A stretch of 55,215 bases of DNA from a virus, in the IMG/VR virus record IMGVR_UViG_3300002098_000007, positions 1-55,215 of that record, one strand, 5' to 3'. The notes under the pieces were generated by a model that did no database searches, was not told the origin of the DNA, and saw only the letters and a list, made by a program, of their open reading frames with translations. The translations under genes were made by a program, and so were the position numbers. Of this stretch, positions 38,012 to 46,171 are shown piece by piece (within the stretch, counting starts at the first letter, position 1; each line of letters opens with the position of its first letter).

Positions 38012-38556
38012 GCTATATGATATCCTAAGCGTGAGATTTCTTCATTCAGATTGAGCAGGTATTTACCCTGCCAGAGCGCATCGGCCAACGCATCGTGGGC
38101 CATTCCGTTTTCTGCAGGTTTTAACTTACCGAGTGGGTCAAAAGTCTTATATAGCGTCATAAGGTCGCGCTCATAATTGTAAAGCCACGGCTTTTCACCG
38201 TTCCAAAGTGAGGTTAGAATCGGCAGGTCAAACATCGCGGGCGAACCCCATACGGTGATATCCGGGTGCGCGTCAACAATTATTTTCAAAGCGTAAAACA
38301 AGTCAATCGCGGGTATACGTCCGTCTTCTTTGAAAACCCCCTCAGCCACTTTGCGGTCTTGACGCATCCACCAACAAAGCGTGCCCCAGTCGATGTGTTG
38401 TTTTTCGGGGTTCACTTCAATTAAATGATTGAAATTCCATTTCTCATCAATAAACCGCCCGTCAAGATTGATTACGCAACCACCCACCTGCGTAACTGCC
38501 GAGTCGGGGCGCAGCCCTAGGGTCTCAATATCCAACATCAAAGCGTAATTTGTCAT
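38008..38556 (-). CDS. DEDDh 3'-5' exonuclease (DnaQ / Rv2179c-like)
   Basis: ATG 38556 follows GGAGGA and overlaps the upstream stop (ATGA). Motifs seen: MLDIETLG, MFDLPIL, HDALADA. The ORF-track N-terminal extension overlaps the RuvC-like gene. Confidence 0.75.
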   Translation of the reverse strand: MTNYALMLDIETLGLRPDSAVTQVGGCVINLDGRFIDEKWNFNHLIEVNPEKQHIDWGTLCWWMRQDRKVAEGVFKEDGRIPAIDLFYALKIIVDAHPDITVWGSPAMFDLPILTSLWNGEKPWLYNYERDLMTLYKTFDPLGKLKPAENGMAHDALADALWQGKYLLNLNEEISRLGYHIA

Positions 38557-39023
38557 TTCATTCCTCCGTATAAACCGATTAAAGCCGCGTCCGCTAGCGC
38601 CTGCCCGTTGCCTTTTTTGTCTAGGTCGCGCCACTCGGGCCAGAGCTGAACGGCTCGCGTGCGCGCAGCGTCTTTGTCCTGACCCATTAACCCTGCGCGC
38701 TTTTTCCAAGCCCGCGGGGTGACCATTGTAACGGGTATCCGCAGCGCGCCGAGCACGCCTGAGACCGTTCCGCAGGAGTGCCCAAAGTTGAACATGCCCG
38801 ACACCCCTTGTCCGGGCATCGCACCCACCTGCTCAAGATAGGCGTCGTACATGTAAAGCTCAGGGTTAAACAGGCTAGCTAACGCGGCGGCGTTAACTCG
38901 CGTGGCTGAACCGACTTTTAGGGTCGGCATCAGCATCCACTCGATAGGCTTACCCCCGTCAAGGAAGACTATCGCCCCCGAGGCGCCGGGGTCTATTCCG
39001 ACGGTCATTTTTATATCACTCAT
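38553..39023 (-). CDS. RuvC-like Holliday junction resolvase
   Basis: GIDPGASGA and LEQV...SGMFNFGHSCG...VTPRAWKK are typical of the phage RuvC family. Its start overlaps the upstream stop (TGATG), with a GAGG RBS. Confidence 0.7.
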   Translation of the reverse strand: MSDIKMTVGIDPGASGAIVFLDGGKPIEWMLMPTLKVGSATRVNAAALASLFNPELYMYDAYLEQVGAMPGQGVSGMFNFGHSCGTVSGVLGALRIPVTMVTPRAWKKRAGLMGQDKDAARTRAVQLWPEWRDLDKKGNGQALADAALIGLYGGMK

Positions 39024-39859
39024 CAAAGCACCTCGTAATGTTGACATGCCGCTTTTTGTTCATCAAGGGAAAGCGGAATACCCTTCAAATTACAAGTCCA
39101 GCTACCGTTCTCTGTCGGCTCAGAGTTACGGCATGATCGACATGTGCGTAGCGGAGCAGCCCGCCCAGTGCACACCTCTTTCATGTCGCAGTACTTGCAG
39201 CCGAAAGCCTCGCCATCGTCGCTTATTCCCGCGGGGCGCAGCCTTGCGTCTACGAGCTTGACTACCCGTTTCAGCATTTCCTCAACATGCGGCTTGTCTG
39301 GGTGAAGACGCTCCACGTAGTACTTCTCGTCGTCTTTGCAGATAGCCGCGTAGAGCCCACGCTCAAAGCCCCCGAGCGCCATCCCCATCTGCGTCTGCGT
39401 GTAGTGCTCGGGTTTGACCTCGAGCACTTTCTTTTTGGCAAACCCGCTAAAGCTGTTCTTGTTGTGGCTCTTGGCCTCAAACAGGTGCGCCTTGCTGCTG
39501 CCCGGAACGCCCGTGACCACGCCGTCCACCTTGGCCACTAAGTGCCCCGTGGGGTCGGTAAAAGCGTATTGGTTGCCCTCGGCGTCCTCGCTAAACACCT
39601 GCAGACCTGCGGAGCGCAAGTCCTGGATGATGCGTTCTTCCTGCCGGTGGCCAGTTTCAAAAAGCCTCAGCATGCGCCCCTCAAAGCTCGGGCGGGCATA
39701 GGCTCGCCAGTCTAGCCATATCATTCTCAAACACTCTTTGCCGATGAACGACGCACCTAGTCGACCTAGGTAGAGCCCGCGCTCTTGCTCCTTGGCTTCA
39801 TACGTGGCGTACACGCGGTTGATGATTTCCTGCTCGGCGTCTGGTGGTATCGCTGCCAT
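39023..39859 (-). CDS. PD-(D/E)XK nuclease, Cas4/RecB-like, with a 4Fe-4S-type cysteine pattern
   Basis: 278 aa. It has VDGVV...LFEAKS (D...ExK). One N-terminal Cys (GKEC) plus CKYCDMKEVC (CX2CX5C) gives the Fe-S pattern. An extra C-terminal CRSC...C...C segment follows. Confidence 0.7.
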   Translation of the reverse strand: MAAIPPDAEQEIINRVYATYEAKEQERGLYLGRLGASFIGKECLRMIWLDWRAYARPSFEGRMLRLFETGHRQEERIIQDLRSAGLQVFSEDAEGNQYAFTDPTGHLVAKVDGVVTGVPGSSKAHLFEAKSHNKNSFSGFAKKKVLEVKPEHYTQTQMGMALGGFERGLYAAICKDDEKYYVERLHPDKPHVEEMLKRVVKLVDARLRPAGISDDGEAFGCKYCDMKEVCTGRAAPLRTCRSCRNSEPTENGSWTCNLKGIPLSLDEQKAACQHYEVL

Positions 39860-40032
39860 CGTTATGTCCTTTGAGTTATACGTTAAGAATTGACCCGTTT
39901 CTGAATTCCGCGTCCCCTGTTCTATGAACCCGTCGTTCGCACAGGCCCCGCCCCCAGAGTTTCGTTCACATTCAGACTTTTTGCCGAGTGGGTCAAGCTC
40001 AGATGAAAGGTCGGGGCGGGCTTTTAGTTAGC

Positions 40033-40530
40033 TTAATCCCAGGGGTTGCCGGACTTGGCAGGAGCGGCAGCAGTCTTGGCGGGGGAGGGCTTAGCCGCGG
40101 GCTTTACCGCGCCCTTAACCTCAGGCAACAAGTAGCCCGTAATCTTGTTACGGTCACCGTAGCCGTTTTGCCCCTTTTCAAGTCCTAGCGTGCAGCTAAA
40201 CTGCACATCAATCAACACGTCGGTGTCATCAGCGTTAGGCTTGCCACATGCGGTGGCCCAGTCCTTCAACTGCGCGCGCCCAATTTGCTGAGCTTTCTCG
40301 CTCGGGTTGTTAATGTTGTAATTGTTCCACACTTTGCGGCCTGCGTGCTCGCCGCGAACGACTTCAAAAGTCGCTGCAATAAAGCTACCGGTGCCCGCTT
40401 TTGTGGGCTTTTCAACTGCCTCGGTTGCCTTCAAGACGTAATCGCCATCGGGCAGGGGCTCGTAGCTACCTCCACCCGAGCCGCCGTTACCTGCTTCTAC
40501 TTCACCGAGATCAAATCCAAATTTAGCCAT
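40033..40530 (-). CDS. DUF669-family protein (phage ssDNA-binding type)
   Basis: 165 aa. PLPDGDYVLK...FEVV.GEHAGRKVW..YNI and an Ala/Pro-rich tail fit the family. It is adjacent to the Sak4-like ATPase, as usual for this family. Confidence 0.6.
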   Translation of the reverse strand: MAKFGFDLGEVEAGNGGSGGGSYEPLPDGDYVLKATEAVEKPTKAGTGSFIAATFEVVRGEHAGRKVWNNYNINNPSEKAQQIGRAQLKDWATACGKPNADDTDVLIDVQFSCTLGLEKGQNGYGDRNKITGYLLPEVKGAVKPAAKPSPAKTAAAPAKSGNPWD

Positions 40531-40560
40531 GTTATATACTCCTGTTTGTGTTGAAAATGT

Positions 40561-41301
40561 TTATTCCGCAATGGGAATGAGTTTCTTGAAGTTCTCAATC
40601 GTCATCTCAGCCGTATCGGGACATGAGTAACGGTTCTTAGCCGCGTACGCAGCGTTCTCCACGAAGTGCAGCAGCCGCTCGCCGGTGCTAGCGCCGCGGG
40701 TGACTTCCTTGTTGAACCCGGCGTCCGCTTTCTTGATGATGACTTTGAAGGCGCAGAACGCCAACACGTCTGCCCATTCCTGCAGCAACGCATTGCAGCG
40801 GTTAGGCAGCTTAGGTGTATAGCGGTCGTAGGGGTCAGTGCGGGGGTCTTCAAACTTCACTACCGAGGCGTGAGCGATGAGCACTACGTTCATATTGCGG
40901 CGAGTGCGTAGGGCGTCTAGGCCCTGCAAGATCTCACGGAACTCTTCAGCTACGTACATTTGGCCCTTGCCGTAGCTTTGTTGTTTCTCGTCGTACTGTT
41001 CGTCTACGCTAGCAGTTATTAAAGGCTCAATTAACCAATCGACCGAGTCTACAACCACGGTGCGGAAGTCGTGTTCCTCCTTGAGCAGGGTTTTGATCGA
41101 TTCGACCACATCCGTGAGCTTTTGCGCCTTGGGAAAGCTCGTCACGTCTAGCGAATCGATGCCGTCCTCCGTGCTGATGAAGATTGGCGCGGGAAACTGA
41201 CTAGCCAGCGTGGACTTGCCGATTCCGTGCCCTCCGTACAAACAGATTCGCGGGGGAACCTGCTGCGGGCCGACCCGCAAAGTATCTTTCCAATTTGACA
41301 T
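40561..41301 (-). CDS. Sak4-like / AAA_24 RecA-fold ATPase (recombination mediator)
   Basis: 246 aa. Walker A LYGGHGIGKSTLA, Walker B VVVDSV. Confidence 0.7.
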   Translation of the reverse strand: MSNWKDTLRVGPQQVPPRICLYGGHGIGKSTLASQFPAPIFISTEDGIDSLDVTSFPKAQKLTDVVESIKTLLKEEHDFRTVVVDSVDWLIEPLITASVDEQYDEKQQSYGKGQMYVAEEFREILQGLDALRTRRNMNVVLIAHASVVKFEDPRTDPYDRYTPKLPNRCNALLQEWADVLAFCAFKVIIKKADAGFNKEVTRGASTGERLLHFVENAAYAAKNRYSCPDTAEMTIENFKKLIPIAE

Positions 41302-41332
41302 GATTTGTTTTCCTTTCTTGGTTAGAGGCGGT

Positions 41333-41680
41333 TCAGTCTTCCGCCGTTAAAAACTCGTTCAGCTCAGCCGCGTCAAAGTCCCAGCGCTGAGGCACGTATT
41401 TGAAGTCCACTTTGTCCCACTTCAACACGTCCACCAGGCCGTGCTTTTCGGCAATCGCAATCATAGCTATACCGCAGAGCGTAGGGTCGCCGCTGATGAG
41501 CAAATAATCGCCCGGAACCCATTCGCCGAGCACCTTGCGAGCGTGAACAATCATCCGGGGGGTGTTATAGTTCCGCGCCACGTTGCCAAAGACATCCCGC
41601 AACGCGCCGTAACGCTCCGCGTCGGAGTAATTCTTGCGGCTGTCGTTATGCACGATGAACACTATACGTTCGTTATTCAT
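41333..41680 (-). CDS. Hypothetical protein
   Basis: 115 aa, overlapping the polymerase gene end by 8 nt. Confidence 0.55.
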   Translation of the reverse strand: MNNERIVFIVHNDSRKNYSDAERYGALRDVFGNVARNYNTPRMIVHARKVLGEWVPGDYLLISGDPTLCGIAMIAIAEKHGLVDVLKWDKVDFKYVPQRWDFDAAELNEFLTAED

Positions 41681-43511
41681 CTTTCTTTTTCCTCTTAGTT
41701 TTCTTTACTTCTACCCGGGCGAGTAGCTCGGGTGTTAAATACTCGGCGCAGCCGATGTCGCAGGAAATCTTAACCGCCTCGGTAATATACCACTCGTAGT
41801 CCAGGTCGGCGGGGTGCTCGCCCTGCGGGTCAATAGTCATACACGCGCGGGCGCCGTCAGACTTAGGCACCTTGTTGCCGTTAGTCTTGTACCGGATAGG
41901 CTCCAGCGCGGGATCATTGCTCTGATACCACCGCACCACCTTGCCCAGGTAGTTACCCATCTGCTCACCACCGCCGGTCACGTTCCGCGCACTTATAAAG
42001 TCCACAAATGGCGCGTTTTTAATGGTTTCAGCAAACGCCGTACCCCGGGCCAGCCACTGGCCTACAGCAGCCGCACAAACTCCCGCGGTGGCGTTCTTTT
42101 TTAGGCTCAGAGGGGCATAAATACCCTTCTCTTTAAGCGAGCGGTCAGGCTTCACCGCGATGTAGTTATTTACGTCCTTCATCGCCAACGCGCGGTAAGG
42201 CGTGAACTCAAAACGCAGCCCGGTGTGGAGCTCAAAAGCCTTTACGACGTTCTTCACCGTTTCTTCAATCTTACGGGGATAGCCTACTGCAATACCGTCA
42301 GTGTTCGCGCTTAAGGTTACGGCCTCAACCTGCTCAAGTCGCTCAATCAACATGAGCAGCGTGAACTGCCCAGTGAGCGTTACGGCGAGCATGAACTCCG
42401 GCGCGTACAGCACCGAGTATTTGCTAGCGAGCTTGCCGAACGTGCCGTTGAGCGAAATCTTCAACGTCTCATTGGTAGCCTTGTCGCCCGTGCGCTTGGC
42501 CTCGATTCGTTTGTCGTAGATCTTGCGGTATTCGTCCAGGAACTTCGACCCCACGGCCTCTGGGTACATACCGGCGAGCAAAATGAGTGAGGGGTAGAAC
42601 GACTCGGCGTCGATGTCGCATATGACATAATCCTCCCCCGCGACGTGACATACCTTACGGTCATGCGCGCTATGAATACCCCCCACGCCGAGCTGATAAA
42701 CACCGCCGTTAAACCCGACGAGCTCTTCCCCCAGGAAGTCCGGCAGTATGACGTGTCCGCTGAGCGGATTCATACGGAACGTGTGCTCGCTCACCCGTTT
42801 GAGCAGCGCACGCAGGTACTCGTTATTAAAGCACAAGAACCCGGGTGGAGCATAGCGAATGGTCTTAGGCACGGGAACATCTTGTCGCTTCAACTTGAGC
42901 GTGGCAATGTACGCCGCCTCTGCCATCTGCGAGTCCGACTTGCTACGCATGTCCACCCCATAACGGCGACTCATATCCACGCGGAGCAGCAGCTCTGAGT
43001 CTAAACGACGTAGCAGCTCTTCAGTCGTGTCTAGGTCGTTCCAGTTGTACTCGTCAATCTGCTGCTTCTGTTCATCGTTGACCTCGGCGTCATGCGCCAA
43101 CGGCATGTCCTGCAACTTGGGCATGTGCATTCGCGCGCCGTAGGCTTTTAAACCTACAAACGAGGGCGCAACTTCAATCAAGTCGATTGAGTCAAACGGC
43201 ACAGGCGCTAAGTTGAACTGTCGGCGCGCAACCCAGGGTTTTAAACGCCGCACGATGAGCGCATCCGCAATGCGTTTGATTTCTAGCTCAGTCCGCCCTG
43301 CGCAGAACGCATCAACAATCACATCGTCAAAAGAATGATTATTGAATCCGACAAAAGTGGTGTCCGGTTGGAGCATGAACTCACGCAGGCGTGCCGGGGC
43401 GTCAGGCTCATTGCGGCGAAACTGCTTACGGCGGCCTGAGTCGACATCCTTAAACCCGACCACTGTGTAATTGGGCAGGGTCTCAAAATCGAATACAAGG
43501 GTAGGCATCAA
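41673..43511 (-). CDS. Family B DNA polymerase with a 3'-5' exonuclease domain
   Basis: 612 aa. Exo motifs: FDFET, NHSFDD, YNWND. Pol motifs: A DIDAESFYPSLI, B KISLNGTFGKL, C SANTDGIAV. Confidence 0.8.
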   Translation of the reverse strand: MMPTLVFDFETLPNYTVVGFKDVDSGRRKQFRRNEPDAPARLREFMLQPDTTFVGFNNHSFDDVIVDAFCAGRTELEIKRIADALIVRRLKPWVARRQFNLAPVPFDSIDLIEVAPSFVGLKAYGARMHMPKLQDMPLAHDAEVNDEQKQQIDEYNWNDLDTTEELLRRLDSELLLRVDMSRRYGVDMRSKSDSQMAEAAYIATLKLKRQDVPVPKTIRYAPPGFLCFNNEYLRALLKRVSEHTFRMNPLSGHVILPDFLGEELVGFNGGVYQLGVGGIHSAHDRKVCHVAGEDYVICDIDAESFYPSLILLAGMYPEAVGSKFLDEYRKIYDKRIEAKRTGDKATNETLKISLNGTFGKLASKYSVLYAPEFMLAVTLTGQFTLLMLIERLEQVEAVTLSANTDGIAVGYPRKIEETVKNVVKAFELHTGLRFEFTPYRALAMKDVNNYIAVKPDRSLKEKGIYAPLSLKKNATAGVCAAAVGQWLARGTAFAETIKNAPFVDFISARNVTGGGEQMGNYLGKVVRWYQSNDPALEPIRYKTNGNKVPKSDGARACMTIDPQGEHPADLDYEWYITEAVKISCDIGCAEYLTPELLARVEVKKTKRKKKDE

Positions 43512-43762
43512 CGATCCTGATTCACGTAACTTGAAGTGGGTTCTTCGCCGTTGTCAAGAATCTTGTTCTGAACCTCGATATATTTCTCCAAGAAATGCAA
43601 CGCCTTCTGCAGGTCGGTAATACCGTTCTTCTTTTTCCAGCGAGTGACGTACTTGGTGATTTGAGCCTGGAAATAGTCAAGATCATTAGCCAGCACGTAG
43701 TCCCAGTGCTGAATGCTAGATTTATAGTGCGAGCCGCCCACTTGTTTGTCATTTGCTTTCAT
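43508..43762 (-). CDS. DUF3310-family protein
   Basis: VGGSHYKSSIQHWDY...ITKYVTRWKKKNGITDLQKALHFLEKY. ATG 43762 was chosen because the ORF-track start at 43780 is TTG. Confidence 0.6.
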   Translation of the reverse strand: MKANDKQVGGSHYKSSIQHWDYVLANDLDYFQAQITKYVTRWKKKNGITDLQKALHFLEKYIEVQNKILDNGEEPTSSYVNQDR

Positions 43763-44252
43763 TTGCGTACATTTCCCCAATCAGTTTAAACAGTTTGTAT
43801 TCTTTGTGCACGGGCATCATGTCCCATGCGTAGGACATATACCGATGATACACATCGGCCATTTTGTGGTTGCCGAGCTGAATTTCACGAATGCAGAACA
43901 GCGCGCCATGGGCAATGTCGGCTAGTTTCAGAGTGCGATATTCCCAGTCTTCCAGGTCAGGTAACGGGAAACCGCCGTCCTTCAGCAGGGACTCCTCAAC
44001 ACGGCTGACTTGATCACCGATGCCGTAGAGACGTTTTGCGGGAGAGGGAATGTCGCCGGTTTTTTGCTCAGCCAGGTCATGAACCAGCGCGGCGGTTAGT
44101 AATTCAGCGGTGGCGTCTGGAACCATGAGTAGGCATAACAACGCAACACCGTGAGAGTGATGCCCCACGGTGTCCGCGGCTAGTGTGCGTACGGTATGAT
44201 ATCGGCGGACATCCGACCCGTTGAGCATAAATTCCAAGTTTGAAAGGTTCAC
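43749..44252 (-). CDS. HD-domain phosphohydrolase, YfbR-like 5'-deoxynucleotidase
   Basis: 167 aa with a GTG start after GGAGA. Motifs: RYHT...TVGHHSHGVA, VHDLAEQKTGDIPSPAK, KLADI. Confidence 0.75.
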   Translation of the reverse strand: MNLSNLEFMLNGSDVRRYHTVRTLAADTVGHHSHGVALLCLLMVPDATAELLTAALVHDLAEQKTGDIPSPAKRLYGIGDQVSRVEESLLKDGGFPLPDLEDWEYRTLKLADIAHGALFCIREIQLGNHKMADVYHRYMSYAWDMMPVHKEYKLFKLIGEMYANESK

Positions 44253-44291
44253 TTCAGTTCTCCAGTTATACAGTTAAAAAGCTATGCTGCG

Positions 44292-44325
44292 AATTTTAGC
44301 CCTGTTTTTACGCAGGGCTAAAATT
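44292..44325. other. Perfect 13-bp inverted repeat (aattttagccctg / cagggctaaaatt) forming a stem-loop
   Basis: Stem 44292-44304 / 44313-44325 with an 8-nt loop. It lies in the 72-nt gap between the ThyA-like and HD genes, and the right arm abuts the ThyA-like stop codon. Confidence 0.8.
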
Positions 44326-45311
44326 TATTTTTCTGCCAGTGCGAGCTCCCGGCGATGAATCCAATCGTTAGCGGCGCGGCGAATGTCTTCATGAGTGATT
44401 TTGGCAGCCCAAGCGGAACCGTCACCGGCTTTAGTCTTACGGGTGTGGCTGATCATAGCGAGGGGGTAGGCCACGTTGGTGAAGAACGGGTGAGAGTAAC
44501 GGCGGATTTTAATCGGATCATCGCAGAACAACTCACACTCTTCAAGAAACGTGCGGTAGCTACCCGCACCGAGTATAGGCGCCGGGCGCACCAGGCACGC
44601 TGAATACAAGTCGTAGTCCTCGGCCACCGGGGGGTTCTCAATATACTTAGTCGCTGAGTACAACTCAGTATACAAGTGCAGGTTGGTACTGAAGGTGCGG
44701 TACACCCCCAAGTTGACACACACCGCGGAGGCTACAAACTCCTGCACAACGCTGAAGTGAACGATATTAGCCCCGGCGTAACCCCACCACGCATCGTTGC
44801 TACGGTTAATCACCGTCATGTTGAGCTTTTCGTTCTGAATTTCAAAGATGAGCTGCATGTTGCAGGCTTTGTCTTTAGTGTTTTTGGTCAAATCTTCCGG
44901 GGCCCACATCTGCACCACGGCCTGGCGGGTGTCGTGGTTCTTGCGCAGTTGTTGAATGACCTCAATCAACTGATCGTTTCCAAAGTGATGACGCCAGCGG
45001 TAACCATAGGCAGCGTTAAAAATCTTCCCGTTGTCCGAGTACGCCCCAATCTTGCTGTTGAAGCGCTTCAAAAACGCGACGTCGCGCCGCCCGGCGAGCA
45101 TCCAAATCGGCTCCAACATGTGGAAAATGGGGTTAGCGTCTCGCCCATGGTGAAACAAGATACGCTCCTGAGGATACTTTACAGTTGTCATTACAGGCTC
45201 GGGGATGCGCAGGGCAGGGCCATTGCGCGTTTCAACCGGAATGCCAGAGGTCTTCAAACGCCAGAACATATCTTGAAACATTGTATTTGCGTTACGTGTG
45301 GTGATTTCCAT
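44325..45311 (-). CDS. Divergent thymidylate synthase (ThyA)-family enzyme; candidate dUMP hydroxymethylase
   Basis: 328 aa. Motifs: YGYRWR, DQLIEVIQQLRKNHDTRQAVVQMW, KACNMQ (Cys nucleophile retained; PCH->ACN), RSNDAWWGYAGANIVHF, STNLHLY. A ~60-aa C-terminal extension is present. Confidence 0.7.
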   Translation of the reverse strand: MEITTRNANTMFQDMFWRLKTSGIPVETRNGPALRIPEPVMTTVKYPQERILFHHGRDANPIFHMLEPIWMLAGRRDVAFLKRFNSKIGAYSDNGKIFNAAYGYRWRHHFGNDQLIEVIQQLRKNHDTRQAVVQMWAPEDLTKNTKDKACNMQLIFEIQNEKLNMTVINRSNDAWWGYAGANIVHFSVVQEFVASAVCVNLGVYRTFSTNLHLYTELYSATKYIENPPVAEDYDLYSACLVRPAPILGAGSYRTFLEECELFCDDPIKIRRYSHPFFTNVAYPLAMISHTRKTKAGDGSAWAAKITHEDIRRAANDWIHRRELALAEK

Positions 45312-45313
45312 CT

Positions 45314-46171
45314 TCAGAACTCCGTCTCAGGTTTGTAAAGTGTTCTAGGGGCGCCTTCGTTAAAGATCACCTTGCAGTATTTACTATACTCGCAAAGGCA
45401 ATTCTGTACGTCATGTAGTGTCAGGTCGGTTATACTCAACTTGTCAACGATTTCAGCCCTTATTTTGATGAGCGCCGCGTTGAATGAGTCTTGATTCCAC
45501 GTGTGATACGGCTTGAACCCGTAGACGTAATTCAGCCCGCGTTGGCTACCGGGGCCTAAGGGCGCAAAGGTATGCAAGTCCGGCGCCCGGCCCAGTTGCC
45601 GCCGCATATAGGTCAAATCTGCTGCGACCTGCCCCGCGATGAAGGTGCTGACGCCGAAACACTTAGACATTTCATGCACAAAGCCCTCAATTCGACCGGC
45701 GCGCAGCGCCATACGGATGAGCGGGGCGCGCTTAATCACGTCGCTAATTATGTGCTCACACATAGCCTCAGCTTTACCGCGGCCCTTGTTCTTTGTCGGA
45801 AAGACCATATACGCGCCCGAATAGACTTTGCCGTGTGTTTTAGCGTCCTCAACAACTTTTATGAACCCCGCAGCGTTGAAACCCTCCGCGTAGGTTGGCA
45901 ACACCTTGGCATCAATCAGCCGCTGCAGAGTCGGCGGCCAGTTGATTAACCGAGCCAGGAACAGCGTGAACCACAAGTCCGGTGCGTCAGCCTGGGGGGC
46001 GATTAGGTGATCGATGATCCACTTTGAAACCCTATCGTCTTTGCGACGGATATTAGTGAATTTGTACTTCTGTAGAACTAAGTCTTTAGTCCATGGGGCG
46101 GGCGCCCCGGCCTCGCGCTTCAAGCGAATTGACTCGCGCTCAAACACAAACTCTAACAACATGTCATTCAT
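45314..46171 (-). CDS. Candidate aGPT-Pplase-type DNA base hypermodification transferase (285 aa)
   Basis: The N-terminal ERESIRLKREAGAPAPWTKDLVLQKYKFTNIRRKDDRVS motif is recalled for alpha-glutamyl/putrescinyl thymine pyrophosphorylase-like proteins. The gene is sandwiched between the ThyA-like gene and the P-loop kinase. Not verified by search. Confidence 0.45.
   Translation of the reverse strand: MNDMLLEFVFERESIRLKREAGAPAPWTKDLVLQKYKFTNIRRKDDRVSKWIIDHLIAPQADAPDLWFTLFLARLINWPPTLQRLIDAKVLPTYAEGFNAAGFIKVVEDAKTHGKVYSGAYMVFPTKNKGRGKAEAMCEHIISDVIKRAPLIRMALRAGRIEGFVHEMSKCFGVSTFIAGQVAADLTYMRRQLGRAPDLHTFAPLGPGSQRGLNYVYGFKPYHTWNQDSFNAALIKIRAEIVDKLSITDLTLHDVQNCLCEYSKYCKVIFNEGAPRTLYKPETEF

Noticed and set aside
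38557-38709. N-terminal extensions of track ORFs: 38008..38709, 48481..49596, 52386..53069, 36047..36670, 35699..35986, 48087..48365 and 4773..5027.
   Set aside because: The extended starts are non-ATG or overlap the upstream gene extensively. Internal ATGs with a GGAG-type RBS and ATGA/TGATG coupling give compact, non-overlapping gene models whose products begin at the conserved domain.
39943-40020. GC-rich complementary 8-mers (ggggcggg / cccgcccc) about 55 nt apart in the 173-nt gap, enclosing TTGACC-N16-TGAATG.
   Set aside because: The -10 candidate is poor (2 of 6 matches), and the long-range 8-bp pairing is weak evidence for structure. It is retained only as an unannotated intergenic gap that probably holds an operon boundary.
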